Source: Candidatus Eutrophobius brisbanensis
Lineage (GTDB): Bacteria; Pseudomonadota; Gammaproteobacteria; Eutrophobiales; Eutrophobiaceae
Length of the DNA stretch: 64,000 nt
Direction: 5' to 3'
Assembly: GCA_038131795.1 (NCBI GenBank)
Contig: JAYPQE010000003.1
Location: 525,691-589,690 of the forward strand
Part shown: positions 1 through 10,658 of the stretch, piece by piece
Position numbering within the stretch: position 1 is the first letter of the stretch
Layout of the letters: every line of letters begins with the position of its first letter
The notes under the pieces: model-generated
What the model saw: only the letters and a program-made list of their open reading frames with translations
Told to the model about the DNA's origin: nothing
Database searches by the model: none
Program-made: the position numbers and the translations under genes

Positions 1-2499
1 AGAAGGTAAATATCCTTTTATTTCCAGGTTGTCCGGCATTCCATTTTGTATGAGATTCTGGACATGTTCATTTGCTGGGCCAATTAATAGACATTTTATA
101 TTTGAATCAATTTCATCCAGCTTCTCAGCCATAAGGAAGAAATCTTCGATACCTTTTTTTGGAATATTACTGCTGATCATGGCGACAGTTGTCACACCCT
201 CTTGAACACTGTTTGGCATATCAAATTTCTCTACATTAACAAGGTTATGAACAACATGGGTCTTGTCAGGCGCAGCAAAATACTGACTAACCATTTGTGA
301 GTTAGCGATGAGGTTATCGGCATTTTCAAGCACATGGTCTTTGATCTGGTCTGGACTGGCATTTAAGACATTACATAAGTCAGGGTCTTGTTCAGGCAGC
401 TCTCTTATATGTACAAAATTTGGGATGTTCATACTTCTTGCAGCCAGCAAAGGTTCCCATAGCATCAATGTGTTGGAATAGACTGCATCAATATTGAAAC
501 GATCGAGCAATTCTTCAAAATGATTTAGAGTCTCAGAGCAAGGCGTCCTGCCAAATTGCCACCAGGGATAGGGGAGTACTTTGAGATAAGCATACCTCGC
601 TTGAATTTCATCAATATATGCTTCATTTGATATTTGCGGAACAGAGACAACCGCATTAAGACCTATTGCATTTATACCATCGAGGATATCAAGTAAGCTT
701 CGCTCTGCACCGAATATCTGGGTCCCAGAAGAATGGGCACAGATTAGAACAGTTTTTTTATTTTTGGCTATATCAATATTGCCAGGTATTTCTGGCAAGG
801 CTTGATTCCCTTCTTGTTGGCCTTTGATTAAATATTGGGCCAATGGATTAATGATCTCGGGATAATCTTTGAGGTATTGATATGTATAACCACTGCTACT
901 GAAGTTCGGCCCGGGGTCTCTGCCTTCATAACCGCCATGAAGGAGGTAATGCATGACTGGATCATCACCCGATAATGCCAAGTCGGGATAGTTTTGGAGA
1001 TACCAATTACGGTCAAATATCGTCGACCGAAGCATTAACTTGTAATGTTTATTAACAATTTCTTCATTTGGCGGAACCAGTAATTTCGTAGGAACAAAAA
1101 ATGGCCTTGATTTAGGAGAGAATGATAAATATAAATTTCCTGAACTTAAGTGCCATGCATGGGCCGCATCTTGGTAGTCCCGCCTGACGCCTTTTATCGT
1201 TGTGAGTAGATGAGTGTTATGGTGTTGGCTTAGAGAGTCACGGGAGTGTCTTCCAAAGGAAAGAGGAATTCCTGGTAAAACTTCTAATATTGAATTATCT
1301 CCAAATTGTTTTCGAATGCGGTAGTAATATTCAGTGTCCGCACCAACCCTGACACGGTCCCAGTATCCCAGCTTTTTAAAAACACTCCGTTTAAACATTA
1401 ATGATGAAATGTTCCGGTAAATCCATCCTGTTTCTATTCGCCAGTGAAAGAAAGTCAAATTTGGTTCACATCTGACCCAGTGAGAAACACTAGCGGTCAA
1501 CTTGCTATTTTTTATCAAGGGGATTACCTGCCTTTCTATTTTTTCCGGGTGTGACCAGTCATCACTATCATGAACTGTAATAAACTTACCCTTGGAAATT
1601 TGCAGTCCCTTATTTCTGCAGGTATAAGCGCCCTGGTTAAAATCATTACATATCAATCGTATTCTTTTATCATTCGCCATAAACGCTTTGATAATGTTAA
1701 TAGTATTATCTGTCGAAGCATCATCGACTACGATAATGTCTAGATTTTTCCAGGTCTGTTGTTGTATCGATTCAATCGCTGTGCCAATTGTCCTTTCGGA
1801 ATTGCAAGCAGGAATAATAATTGATATACATGGCGATACAAGGTTTTTGAAAATATCGATAGTCATATTTCCATTAGTGTCAACAGAAGTGATGTTGTCA
1901 ATATTGGCATCTATATTTAGATTTTTTTTTTGTAGAGGGATTAATCCATGATTCGAATAAAGTTTATGAAGTATTGATATCGCTTCAGAGGTGCCTGCCA
2001 TGTTAACTTTTGCTAGTAATAAGTCAGGTAATGCACCACGATTCTCTATTTCATTATCAATTATAACTTCTGCGCGTGAGCTCATTTGTAGCTCAAGTAA
2101 TGCAGAAAATTCGAGTAGGACTGGGCCAAGATGCGGTATTAGTTCAGAACTGAACTGGATATTTTTAAATTCATTAATATATTTCAATACTGCTTGCCAA
2201 TTTCCATGCATACTGTGCCATCTGGCAACTATCCATAAGGCATAAATAGATTCAAAATATTGAATATCTGGTGAAACTGAGAGGTCAGCAAGATGTTTAA
2301 AATATGTTTCAGTGTCTGAATCTAATAATTCAGCCTCAAGTTCAAGCGCCATTGAATGAAAAGGCTGCCGATTTTCAAATCGTCCATATTTATCAAAATG
2401 GTCAAATGGATTAATGTTGCCTTGGGCAACGTCAGGATATCTTTTAAGATACCAGTCTGAGTTGAAAATATTTATCAGTTTGCTTTTATAATCATCCAC
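1..2499 (-). CDS. Large multidomain glycosyltransferase (GT2 core plus C-terminal GT4-like region). The C-terminus runs off the window. Paralog of 13821..16199.
   Basis: By eye, the minus-strand frame is continuously open from a GTG at 2499 to position 1. It is absent from the ORF track because it leaves the window. The translation contains 'SIIIPACNSERTI...IIVVDDASTDNT...VHDSDDWSHPEKIE', which matches the GT2 core of the 792-aa protein. It has 'DWYLQNYPDL..DPVMHYLLHGGYEGRDPGPNF' repeats. The C-terminus has GT4-like 'TVAMISSNIPKKGIEDF'. Start codon uncertain. Confidence 0.6.
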   Translation of the reverse strand, partial: MDDYKSKLINIFNSDWYLKRYPDVAQGNINPFDHFDKYGRFENRQPFHSMALELEAELLDSDTETYFKHLADLSVSPDIQYFESIYALWIVARWHSMHGNWQAVLKYINEFKNIQFSSELIPHLGPVLLEFSALLELQMSSRAEVIIDNEIENRGALPDLLLAKVNMAGTSEAISILHKLYSNHGLIPLQKKNLNIDANIDNITSVDTNGNMTIDIFKNLVSPCISIIIPACNSERTIGTAIESIQQQTWKNLDIIVVDDASTDNTINIIKAFMANDKRIRLICNDFNQGAYTCRNKGLQISKGKFITVHDSDDWSHPEKIERQVIPLIKNSKLTASVSHWVRCEPNLTFFHWRIETGWIYRNISSLMFKRSVFKKLGYWDRVRVGADTEYYYRIRKQFGDNSILEVLPGIPLSFGRHSRDSLSQHHNTHLLTTIKGVRRDYQDAAHAWHLSSGNLYLSFSPKSRPFFVPTKLLVPPNEEIVNKHYKLMLRSTIFDRNWYLQNYPDLALSGDDPVMHYLLHGGYEGRDPGPNFSSSGYTYQYLKDYPEIINPLAQYLIKGQQEGNQALPEIPGNIDIAKNKKTVLICAHSSGTQIFGAERSLLDILDGINAIGLNAVVSVPQISNEAYIDEIQARYAYLKVLPYPWWQFGRTPCSETLNHFEELLDRFNIDAVYSNTLMLWEPLLAARSMNIPNFVHIRELPEQDPDLCNVLNASPDQIKDHVLENADNLIANSQMVSQYFAAPDKTHVVHNLVNVEKFDMPNSVQEGVTTVAMISSNIPKKGIEDFFLMAEKLDEIDSNIKCLLIGPANEHVQNLIQNGMPDNLEIKGYLPS

Positions 2500-2670
2500 G
2501 CAACACCATAACTATTCATATGTTTTATTTTAAATAATAGCTTTTATTTACTATTGTTTTATAATCAAACCTATTTTTTTAGAATTATATATATTTAAAA
2601 TTTGCTAATTATAATCATCATTATAATAGGGAACTCAAGATATTCCTTCTTGATAATAGAATCAAAAAGC

Positions 2671-3825
2671 ATGGCACAAAAGATACTCACTATATTTGGG
2701 ACTCGTCCGGAAGCAATTAAAATGGCCCCGCTTGTGACAAATTTAGCTGAACAGCGAGAGATCCAAATTAAAACCTGTATAACTGGTCAGCATGAAGAGA
2801 TGTTGTTACAGGTACTGAGGCTTTTTGAAATTAAACCGGAATATAACCTTAAGGTTATGAAAGTCAACCAGGACCTTACTGAGTTGACTTCAAAATTATT
2901 ACTATCTATCAGGGACGTACTAGTGGATTGTAAACCTGATTTAGTATTAGTGCATGGAGATACGACGACGACATTGGCTGCATCACTAGCTGCATTTTAT
3001 CAAAAAATACCTGTGGCCCATGTGGAGGCCGGGCTTAGAACCAGAAATTTGCATGCGCCTTGGCCGGAAGAAGCTAACAGAAAATTGACAGATGCAATTA
3101 CCACCTATTATTTTGCTCCTACTCATACAGCTATGGACAACCTGTTGGCAGAAGGCGTAGAGAATAGTAAAATTTATGTGACAGGCAATACAGTAATCGA
3201 TGCACTATTTTACATTGTCAAAAAATTAGAGAAAAACTATCATGCCCGCAGTAACGTAGAAAGGATTTTTAAATTTCTAAAAGATGAGAGAAAGCTGATT
3301 CTGGTAACGGGACACCGGAGGGAGAGTTTTGGCGCGGGTTTCGAACGTATATGTCTGGCTCTGAAAAATATTGCTTTAAAACATCCTGAATTAGACATTG
3401 TCTACCCTGTGCATCTGAATCCGAACGTTACTACTCCAGTGACAAAAAACCTTTCGCAAATTAGTAATATATTCCTTCTGGAGCCACTTGACTATATATC
3501 CTTTGTTTATCTAATGAAAAGAGCTTATATCGTCTTAACCGATTCCGGTGGAATTCAGGAAGAAGCGCCATCTTTGGGTAAACCAGTACTAGTTATGCGT
3601 GATACGACTGAGAGACCGGAAGCTGTTAATGCGGGTACAGTCAGACTGGTGGGGACAGATCCAGATAAAATTTGTAATTACATTACTGAATTAATAATTG
3701 ACGAATCTGTGTATGATACAATGAGCAGGTCACACAATCCTTATGGAGATGGACATGCCTGTGAGAGGATCGTGGATATAATTCTTGATTCATTAAGATC
3801 TAACAATAAAAATAATACTCTCTAG
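2671..3825 (+). CDS. wecB: UDP-N-acetylglucosamine 2-epimerase (non-hydrolysing)
   Basis: ORF 2602..3825. Typical WecB/MnaA N-terminus 'MAQKILTIFGTRPEAIKMAPLV', 'HVEAGLRT', 'DSGGIQEEAPSLGKPVLVMRDTTERPE'. The ATG at 2671 fits the family start; upstream residues are poly-Ile from an AT-rich leader. Confidence 0.9.
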   Translation: MAQKILTIFGTRPEAIKMAPLVTNLAEQREIQIKTCITGQHEEMLLQVLRLFEIKPEYNLKVMKVNQDLTELTSKLLLSIRDVLVDCKPDLVLVHGDTTTTLAASLAAFYQKIPVAHVEAGLRTRNLHAPWPEEANRKLTDAITTYYFAPTHTAMDNLLAEGVENSKIYVTGNTVIDALFYIVKKLEKNYHARSNVERIFKFLKDERKLILVTGHRRESFGAGFERICLALKNIALKHPELDIVYPVHLNPNVTTPVTKNLSQISNIFLLEPLDYISFVYLMKRAYIVLTDSGGIQEEAPSLGKPVLVMRDTTERPEAVNAGTVRLVGTDPDKICNYITELIIDESVYDTMSRSHNPYGDGHACERIVDIILDSLRSNNKNNTL

Positions 3826-3829
3826 CATC

Positions 3830-5083
3830 ATGGTTTTCAGTAAAATATGTGTAATAGGGTTGGGTTACATAGGCTTGCCAACTGCAGCCATTCTAGCTTC
3901 CAGAAAACTCCAAATAATTGGGGTGGATGTCGATCCGAAAGTCGTCAGCACAATTAATTCGGGTAAAATTCATATTATTGAGCCCGATCTTGATATTCTT
4001 GTGCAATCAACTGTAAACCAGGGTTTTCTTCGCGCTTATACAACACCAAAACAGGCAGATGCATATATCATAGCAGTACCAACACCATTTGGTGAAAATA
4101 GTTCCCCCAACCTGAGTTATATAGAATCTGCCAGTAAATCTATAGCTCCATTTCTGGAACCCGGAAACCTTGTGATACTTGAATCAACATCCCCAGTAGG
4201 AACAAGCGAAAAAATGGCAGATTGGCTTGCGGGAGAAAGACCAGACCTAACCTTTCCACAGTCTCATGGAAATAAAGCAGAGATCCGGATTGCCCATTGT
4301 CCTGAAAGAGTGCTGCCAGGATATATAATTAGAGAATTGGTGGAAAATGATCGCGTAATTGGCGGTATATCTGAGGCTTGTGCAATTAGTGCGGCTGAAT
4401 TATACAAAACATTTATCTCCGGTGTGTGCACATTGACAGATATAAGGACTGCAGAAATGTGTAAGCTTGTAGAAAATGCTTTTCGTGATATAAATATTGC
4501 CTATGCAAATGAGTTGTCAATTATATGTGATGATCTTGGGATAAACGTATGGGAACTAATAGAATTGGCAAACAGGCACCCACGAGTTGAAATACTGAAA
4601 CCGGGCCCTGGAGTAGGTGGACATTGTATTGCTGTAGACCCATGGTTTATTGTAAGTCAGTCGAATGGAAAGGCAAAACTGGTAGAAATGGCGCGAAATG
4701 TAAATGATGGTAAGCCTTCATGGGTAATAAACAAGGTTGATCAAGCAGTCCAGAAATTGAAATCTACTGATAAACATCATACCTCATTCAAACTAGCGTG
4801 CTATGGAATTAGTTTCAAAGCTGATATAGACGATATTAGAGAAAGTCCCGCCCTGAGAATTGCTCTGGAACTATCGGATAAGTATCCTGGGAATGTGTAT
4901 ATTACCGATCCCTGTGTTTCTGAACTTGATCGTGTATATCGTGATCGACTACAGATGGTTCCAATTGAGCAGGTCTCAGATGCTGATATTCATGTTCTGT
5001 TGGTTGACCATAACAGCTTCAGGCAAGGGAAACCGGACACTGGAATAATTGTTGATACACGTGGAATCTGGTCGCAAATTTAA
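3830..5083 (+). CDS. wecC: UDP-N-acetyl-D-mannosamine dehydrogenase
   Basis: NAD-binding 'KICVIGLGYIGLPTA', catalytic 'GVGGHCI'. UDP-glucose/GDP-mannose dehydrogenase family. Immediately follows wecB, as in wecB-wecC pairs. Confidence 0.9.
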   Translation: MVFSKICVIGLGYIGLPTAAILASRKLQIIGVDVDPKVVSTINSGKIHIIEPDLDILVQSTVNQGFLRAYTTPKQADAYIIAVPTPFGENSSPNLSYIESASKSIAPFLEPGNLVILESTSPVGTSEKMADWLAGERPDLTFPQSHGNKAEIRIAHCPERVLPGYIIRELVENDRVIGGISEACAISAAELYKTFISGVCTLTDIRTAEMCKLVENAFRDINIAYANELSIICDDLGINVWELIELANRHPRVEILKPGPGVGGHCIAVDPWFIVSQSNGKAKLVEMARNVNDGKPSWVINKVDQAVQKLKSTDKHHTSFKLACYGISFKADIDDIRESPALRIALELSDKYPGNVYITDPCVSELDRVYRDRLQMVPIEQVSDADIHVLLVDHNSFRQGKPDTGIIVDTRGIWSQI

Positions 5084-5406
5084 AGAATCTTATTCAGATG
5101 TTTAATTATAAAATTTTGTTATAAAAATAATAATTCTGAATAGAATGCTGTTTCATTTTTTTGATTTTCGGAATCGATGATATTTTAGGCTAATATTACT
5201 TAGGGAATTAGGCAGTAAGTGCAATACTATTTATTCTTTTCATTAACGAGGTGGTGTAGGATATTCAATCGAATACACCTGTATACAGAGTCTTTTCGAA
5301 AATCAATAATTCTAGCAGATGCATGAACTCATCAAATTATCCCTTTCTCTTAGATGAGTCTGTAATATTTATAATTGGTTACGCTATCTGGGTTCGATAA
5401 GGATTT

Positions 5407-7710
5407 ATGAAAATGGTTATGTCGCTTGTCAATAAAATCCAAAAGTTTGCCTATCGAAATCGCTATAACTATTTGAACCTTTGTTTAATTCATCTCATGG
5501 TAAGGCGGTGCCCCGATAGGCGTATTTACAAACTTGCATTCTGGAGTGCCAACAGGGTTGGGGATGTGGGGTTAATTAGAAAAGTTGTTGATGATTTCAA
5601 TACCTACTTCGATAGTAAAGATAATGTAAGAGACGGATTGTTTCTGGAGCAGATTAAGAAAACACCATATTATGGTAAAGCACTTTCCTTTGAAGGAGCA
5701 GTGAGTTTTACACATTATCTCAGGATACTTGTTGCAACACGCCTAGCAAACCAAATCGAAAATTGGGTTTGGCTAAAACGCAAAAAATATCTGATTATGG
5801 CGTACCTTTACATATCTGATGATTTGGATTTGTTAAAATTAGCATACTGGCAGAGTATTAAAGAAAAGGATATTGAGAATCAGTTTATTTTTAGGATTCT
5901 GGATAAAATATCAGTATATAGTGTAGCTAAAAATGATACGGCTATTAAATTTATTGAAAAAATTCATGACAGTATGTTGTACAGGTTGTATAGCTCAGAT
6001 CCAATGACGTTGATTGAAGAGTCAGGTTTATTTGACCATGAGTGGTATCTATCTGTTAATTCTGATGTGGCAAAAAGCGGTATAGATCCTGTACAACACT
6101 ACCTTAAACATGGTGCAATGGAAAACCGGGATCCAACACCCTGGTTCTCCACCTCTGATTACAGGCAACAATTCTCTGATGAAAGTCGTAAGGGAGTTAA
6201 TCCGTTGTTACATTATATCCTTGTCAAAGATCGTACTATCCTGACCAGTTTTTTATCAAATTCGCTATCTAGGTGTATGCAAATAGGGTTGGTAGGAAAG
6301 GCACAGGAGATAGCAAACTACCTGTTCACTGCAAGGGGTATAGCTACACGTATTAAATCTAGAGCAAAGTTTGTAATAAGCACGCTGCAAGAAGTGGATG
6401 AAGATTGGTTGCCGGAATTACCGGATACATACTATCCTAAACGAATTCTTAACCGACAGCCAGCAAATATTATCCATTTATTTAAGACTGTACTACCTTA
6501 CGAAAACTCTGGTGGTGCTATCCGTTGCAGAAATATTGTTGACTACCAAAAATATATTGGATTATGCCCCGTAGTTGTGACGCCACTTGGTTATCCAGGT
6601 GAAGCCACGGGTAGCATTAGGTCACGTAAGGAAGTAATCAACGGTATAGATTATTATTTCAAGAATTTTGTTTCACTGGATGATGCAAAAAAAATTCCTG
6701 TTTGTAAACGAGAAACATTCGATGTGTTGCTGGATTATCAGCTTTTGAAAAAGCTGCCTGTCGATTTAATTCAGGCCAGTTCAGGTTTCAGGGGGTATGA
6801 ACTCGCGCAAAGGGGGATTGTTTTGGCCAGGGCTTTGGGAGTTCCCTTTGTTTATGAAGTACGTTCCTTTCATGAACATACATGGCGTAGTCATACAGCT
6901 GATGTTCTGGAGGCGGAAATGACACAACTACGTATCCGTAAAGAAAACCGCTGTATGCAAATGGCTGATACAGTTGTGACTATTTGTGATACAATGAAGC
7001 AGAAGTTGATCGATAGAGGCATTAATGGCGATAAAATTTTTGTTATACCCAATGGTGTTAATTCTGAAAAATTTTCTCCGGAACTATCAACGGTTGATAT
7101 AAAAGAAAAATACGCGATCGGTAGTAAGACTGTCATAGGTTATATATCTAACCTGTCTAAGCGCGAAGGACACTCCGTGCTGCTGCAGGCATTAAACGTG
7201 CTTGTCAATCAAAAAGGTCTGGATGTTGCCGGGTTGATTGTAGGAGACGGTCCGACAAATGTCAGTCTGCAAAAACAAAGTAAGATGTTGGGTCTTGGGG
7301 ATAATGTGATATTTACTGGTACTGTTCCCCATGATGAAATTATCGATTATTATAATGCCATTGACATTTTTGTTGTGCCTAGAATAGAAGATTTTGCCAG
7401 TGATTTTGTAACGCCCATGAAACCTTATGAAGCTCTAGCTATGAAAAAACCGGTACTTGTAAGCGACAGGCCGGTATTACAGGAAATCATTCATGACGGT
7501 GAGACTGGTTTGGTATTTAAAACTAATGACGTTGATGACCTTGCAACGAAAATAGCGTATTTGATGGATAATACAGATGTGGCAGCCAGGCTAGCTGAAA
7601 ATGGTCGAAACTGGGTTGAAAAAAATAGTTCATGGGAATCAATTATTCACATATATAAGGATGTATATGCGCACGCGGCTGAATCTCTTCTAAAAAGACA
7701 GTATATTTAA
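5407..7710 (+). CDS. GT4 glycosyltransferase with a ~300-aa N-terminal extension carrying 'DHEWY..DPVQHYLKHG..NRDPTPWF' repeats
   Basis: C-terminal GT4 motifs 'EGHSVLLQALNVL..GLIVGDGP', 'KPYEALAMKKPVLVSD', 'ETGLVF'. The N-terminal extension shares the reiterated motif seen in the other large GTs of this locus. True start possibly downstream of 5407. Confidence 0.75.
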   Translation: MKMVMSLVNKIQKFAYRNRYNYLNLCLIHLMVRRCPDRRIYKLAFWSANRVGDVGLIRKVVDDFNTYFDSKDNVRDGLFLEQIKKTPYYGKALSFEGAVSFTHYLRILVATRLANQIENWVWLKRKKYLIMAYLYISDDLDLLKLAYWQSIKEKDIENQFIFRILDKISVYSVAKNDTAIKFIEKIHDSMLYRLYSSDPMTLIEESGLFDHEWYLSVNSDVAKSGIDPVQHYLKHGAMENRDPTPWFSTSDYRQQFSDESRKGVNPLLHYILVKDRTILTSFLSNSLSRCMQIGLVGKAQEIANYLFTARGIATRIKSRAKFVISTLQEVDEDWLPELPDTYYPKRILNRQPANIIHLFKTVLPYENSGGAIRCRNIVDYQKYIGLCPVVVTPLGYPGEATGSIRSRKEVINGIDYYFKNFVSLDDAKKIPVCKRETFDVLLDYQLLKKLPVDLIQASSGFRGYELAQRGIVLARALGVPFVYEVRSFHEHTWRSHTADVLEAEMTQLRIRKENRCMQMADTVVTICDTMKQKLIDRGINGDKIFVIPNGVNSEKFSPELSTVDIKEKYAIGSKTVIGYISNLSKREGHSVLLQALNVLVNQKGLDVAGLIVGDGPTNVSLQKQSKMLGLGDNVIFTGTVPHDEIIDYYNAIDIFVVPRIEDFASDFVTPMKPYEALAMKKPVLVSDRPVLQEIIHDGETGLVFKTNDVDDLATKIAYLMDNTDVAARLAENGRNWVEKNSSWESIIHIYKDVYAHAAESLLKRQYI

Positions 7711-7731
7711 TTTATTCATTATCATCCTGTT

Positions 7732-8649
7732 ATGCTATCAAAACCTGGTTTTATTGTTTCTATTGATGTCGAAGCTGTAACTTCAAGAGCAGATTCTGAT
7801 CATGTTAAAAAACTAATCTTTGGTGATTTTGATGCTAATGGAAGGCAGGGTATTATCGAAATGATGGACCTAGCTGATAATGCAGGTATCAAGCTAAGTA
7901 TGTTTCTCGATATGGTAGAAGTGGAAGTTCATGGAGATATCATTAACAAGGTCGCAGAATTGATCCATCAAAGGGGACATGATTTGCAATTGCACTTGCA
8001 TCCAAATTTGTTACGGGAGGGATATTGGCACAAGCTAGGGATGGAAAGACCTAATCTAAGGCGATGGGATTATAGTGAGGAATTAACACATATTTTATTG
8101 GAAGACTTTGGCCATAGAATGAAAGTTATTAAAGGGAATATGCCAGAATGTTTCCGGGCTGGTGCATTTCAAACCAGTATGAATTGGTTAAAATCGCAGA
8201 AGCGGCTTGGCATTCCCCTGTCATCCAATCATAATTATGCAAGTTTTCTTAATCAGGGAAGAGAACCACTAGCAGAACCGAATGCAGGAATATTTAAATG
8301 GGATAACGATATTATGGAGATACCAGTAACACAGTTATATGATGGTGAAAAGTGGAGGCCATTTACCTTTCCTGTCAGGAATGTGACCGATGAATCTGCA
8401 TTAAGAAAAATTCTGGAAAAATTATCAACAAATCAAAATCCTAATACGGTTATAGTAATGCTTATGCATTCATGGTCATTGCTGAAATATTCAGGAGTAG
8501 GTAAAAAATTTTCTGGTGTGGCAGAAAATAAACTCAAAAAATTCAAGATACTGATGTCCATTGTTAGGGATTACTTTGAACCCATGACATTTACGACACT
8601 TAAGGACATCAATAGAACGAGCCTTGAAGTAAGAAGCTTTCCATCATAG
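7732..8649 (+). CDS. Putative polysaccharide deacetylase (CE4/ArnD-like)
   Basis: N-terminal 'GFIVSIDVEAV' resembles the 'DVE' catalytic start of ArnD/CE4-like deacetylases. Located in the polysaccharide locus. Assignment by motif only. Confidence 0.45.
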   Translation: MLSKPGFIVSIDVEAVTSRADSDHVKKLIFGDFDANGRQGIIEMMDLADNAGIKLSMFLDMVEVEVHGDIINKVAELIHQRGHDLQLHLHPNLLREGYWHKLGMERPNLRRWDYSEELTHILLEDFGHRMKVIKGNMPECFRAGAFQTSMNWLKSQKRLGIPLSSNHNYASFLNQGREPLAEPNAGIFKWDNDIMEIPVTQLYDGEKWRPFTFPVRNVTDESALRKILEKLSTNQNPNTVIVMLMHSWSLLKYSGVGKKFSGVAENKLKKFKILMSIVRDYFEPMTFTTLKDINRTSLEVRSFPS

Positions 8650-8690
8650 CAATGTAATCAAGAGTGGGCATTTAATTAGGTTTAATTGCA

Positions 8691-9635
8691 ATGATAAGAT
8701 TTTATACTTTCAATGGAGGAGAGATTCCTTACGCACAGGCTTGCTTCGAAAATAAACAGGCCTATATATTTTTCACTGGTGTGATTCCCGTAAAACCAGG
8801 CTCTCATGCGACCATAACATCACAAAAAGCTGATATACCCCCCGTAAAATGTGAAATTAACAGGGTTGAAGACGCAACAAGTACTTTGTATGAAATCGGC
8901 TTTTCCCTGAGAAATAAAGGAAAATATCAAATATCCGTTACTACTGAAGATAATGTTGAATATGCAATGCCACTAACTGTTCTGCCGGAAATGACTAGTG
9001 TTCCTAATAATCCTTTCACAGAAAAAACAGATAAGTACTCAAAAGTAAGTAGTGTTTACATGGATTACCTTTTTTATTTTCTGCCTGATGAAGGAAGCCT
9101 TCTGGAGGCAGGCAGTTCAACCGGTCATTTTTCCATGGAAATGGCAAGAAGAGGATACGATGATATAAGTCTGATTGATGTGCGATCCGAGCCAATACAA
9201 CAGGCTAAAAAGGCTTTTTCTCAGGAAAATTTAAAGGGCAATTTTTTTGTTGGAAACTTTCTTGAGCATGACAATACTTATGATTATATCTGGAATACAG
9301 GGTTAATTTGTTCTGGCTTTCCCGATGATATAAAAGAGGACTTTATTGCCCACGCTGCCTCGCTCGCCCCTAAATTATTTGTAATTTGCGGTGATAACTT
9401 GAGACCGTATAGAGATATTCATGATCCTGATGAACGATGCAGAAGGGGCAATATAGCAAGGGGAGGCAATCCCAACAAGCCCGTAGGAGTAGGTGATGCA
9501 ATTACCTATCCTGGTATTAATGTCCCGCTGATTTTCTCCAAATACTATAGTCGCGTATTAACAGGTATGATATCACCTCGTGAAGGGTTCCCAGGTGGTG
9601 AGAGGTTCTGGACATATGGAGAAAGGATACTGTAA
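8691..9635 (+). CDS. Class I SAM-dependent methyltransferase with N-terminal domain of unknown function
   Basis: Motif I 'LLEAGSSTGHFSMEMARRG', then 'DDISLIDVRSEPIQQAKK'. Confidence 0.55.
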   Translation: MIRFYTFNGGEIPYAQACFENKQAYIFFTGVIPVKPGSHATITSQKADIPPVKCEINRVEDATSTLYEIGFSLRNKGKYQISVTTEDNVEYAMPLTVLPEMTSVPNNPFTEKTDKYSKVSSVYMDYLFYFLPDEGSLLEAGSSTGHFSMEMARRGYDDISLIDVRSEPIQQAKKAFSQENLKGNFFVGNFLEHDNTYDYIWNTGLICSGFPDDIKEDFIAHAASLAPKLFVICGDNLRPYRDIHDPDERCRRGNIARGGNPNKPVGVGDAITYPGINVPLIFSKYYSRVLTGMISPREGFPGGERFWTYGERIL

Positions 9636-9661
9636 ATGCTGATGATTTTTACGAGTAATAT

Positions 9662-10651
9662 ATGAAGATTGGACTGGTTGGATTTTTCGGTTGGGGCAAT
9701 TTTGGCGATGAATTATTTATCAAGGCACATCGGCAATACCTTGGGGATATTGCAACACTGGAACCTATAAATAATTTGATAAAAAAACCGTATTTTACGA
9801 AGGCGGTTAATGAGGTAGTTGAGAATTTTGATGCCTTCATCATAGGTGGAGGTGATCTCATCACACCATGGACAGTTTCAGAATTATACTGGAAAATAGA
9901 ATATTTGGAAAAACCAGTATTTGTTACAGGTATAGGTGTTCCTAAATGGGGTGGGTATAATAAGAATGCCGTCGAGAAATATCGAAAATTTTTTCAGTCA
10001 GACTCAATAAAAACATTTATTGGTAGAGACAAGGAAAGTGCAGACTGGATTAATAAACATGTGAAACCCAGTATATTGTGCAAGAATTTTGCTGATCTTA
10101 TTTGTGCGCTTGATTTGCCTGAACCACCCCAGAGTGGTGAAAAAATCCTCGGCGTATCACTTCGAAGTCGGCGAGGCGGGGAAGATGATTTTACTGAAGT
10201 TCGCCGATTATGTGATTCTGCAAAAAAAATGGGTTATACCATAAAGCATATTGTTCTCGCCAATCAAAGTACTGGCAAAAAAGATTATAACGTGATAAAA
10301 AAATTTGCCGCCAATGATGAAGAAATTTTGTATTCAGAATCCTTGGATGAGATGTGTATGGCAATCGGGCAATGTTCAGCTTTCGTCAGTATGAAATTTC
10401 ATGGGACAGTAGTTGCATCAATGTATGGCATACCATCAATAATACTTTCAGCAACTGATAAGAATCTTAATTTTTCAAGGCTTCTTGAAAGGCCCGATCT
10501 CGTATCATCCTTCAAGGATAAATATCTACATAAAAAACTTGCATATGAGCCTGTCAGGATCCATAGCCAGGTCAGGAATATGCTCCGGGATAATGCCAGG
10601 CGTGGTTATGATGTTATAAGGCATTCGATTCAGATGGAATTTAAGGTGTAA
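9662..10651 (+). CDS. Polysaccharide pyruvyl transferase (CsaB/WcaK family)
   Basis: 'MKIGLVGFFGWGNFGDELF', 'IIGGGDLI', and C-terminal 'SMKFHGTVVASMYGIPSI' are characteristic of PF04230 pyruvyl transferases. Confidence 0.7.
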   Translation: MKIGLVGFFGWGNFGDELFIKAHRQYLGDIATLEPINNLIKKPYFTKAVNEVVENFDAFIIGGGDLITPWTVSELYWKIEYLEKPVFVTGIGVPKWGGYNKNAVEKYRKFFQSDSIKTFIGRDKESADWINKHVKPSILCKNFADLICALDLPEPPQSGEKILGVSLRSRRGGEDDFTEVRRLCDSAKKMGYTIKHIVLANQSTGKKDYNVIKKFAANDEEILYSESLDEMCMAIGQCSAFVSMKFHGTVVASMYGIPSIILSATDKNLNFSRLLERPDLVSSFKDKYLHKKLAYEPVRIHSQVRNMLRDNARRGYDVIRHSIQMEFKV

Positions 10652-10658
10652 TTTTACA

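Noticed and set aside
1688-2245. Plus-strand ORFs 1688..1951 and 1991..2245
   Set aside because: They lie antisense within the long minus-strand glycosyltransferase frame (1..2499), which has strong paralog support. They are low-complexity, typical shadow ORFs.
2500-2670. JUMPstart/ops (GGCGGTAG) element upstream of the capsule genes
   Set aside because: No match found in 2500..2670 or 20420..20640 on either strand.
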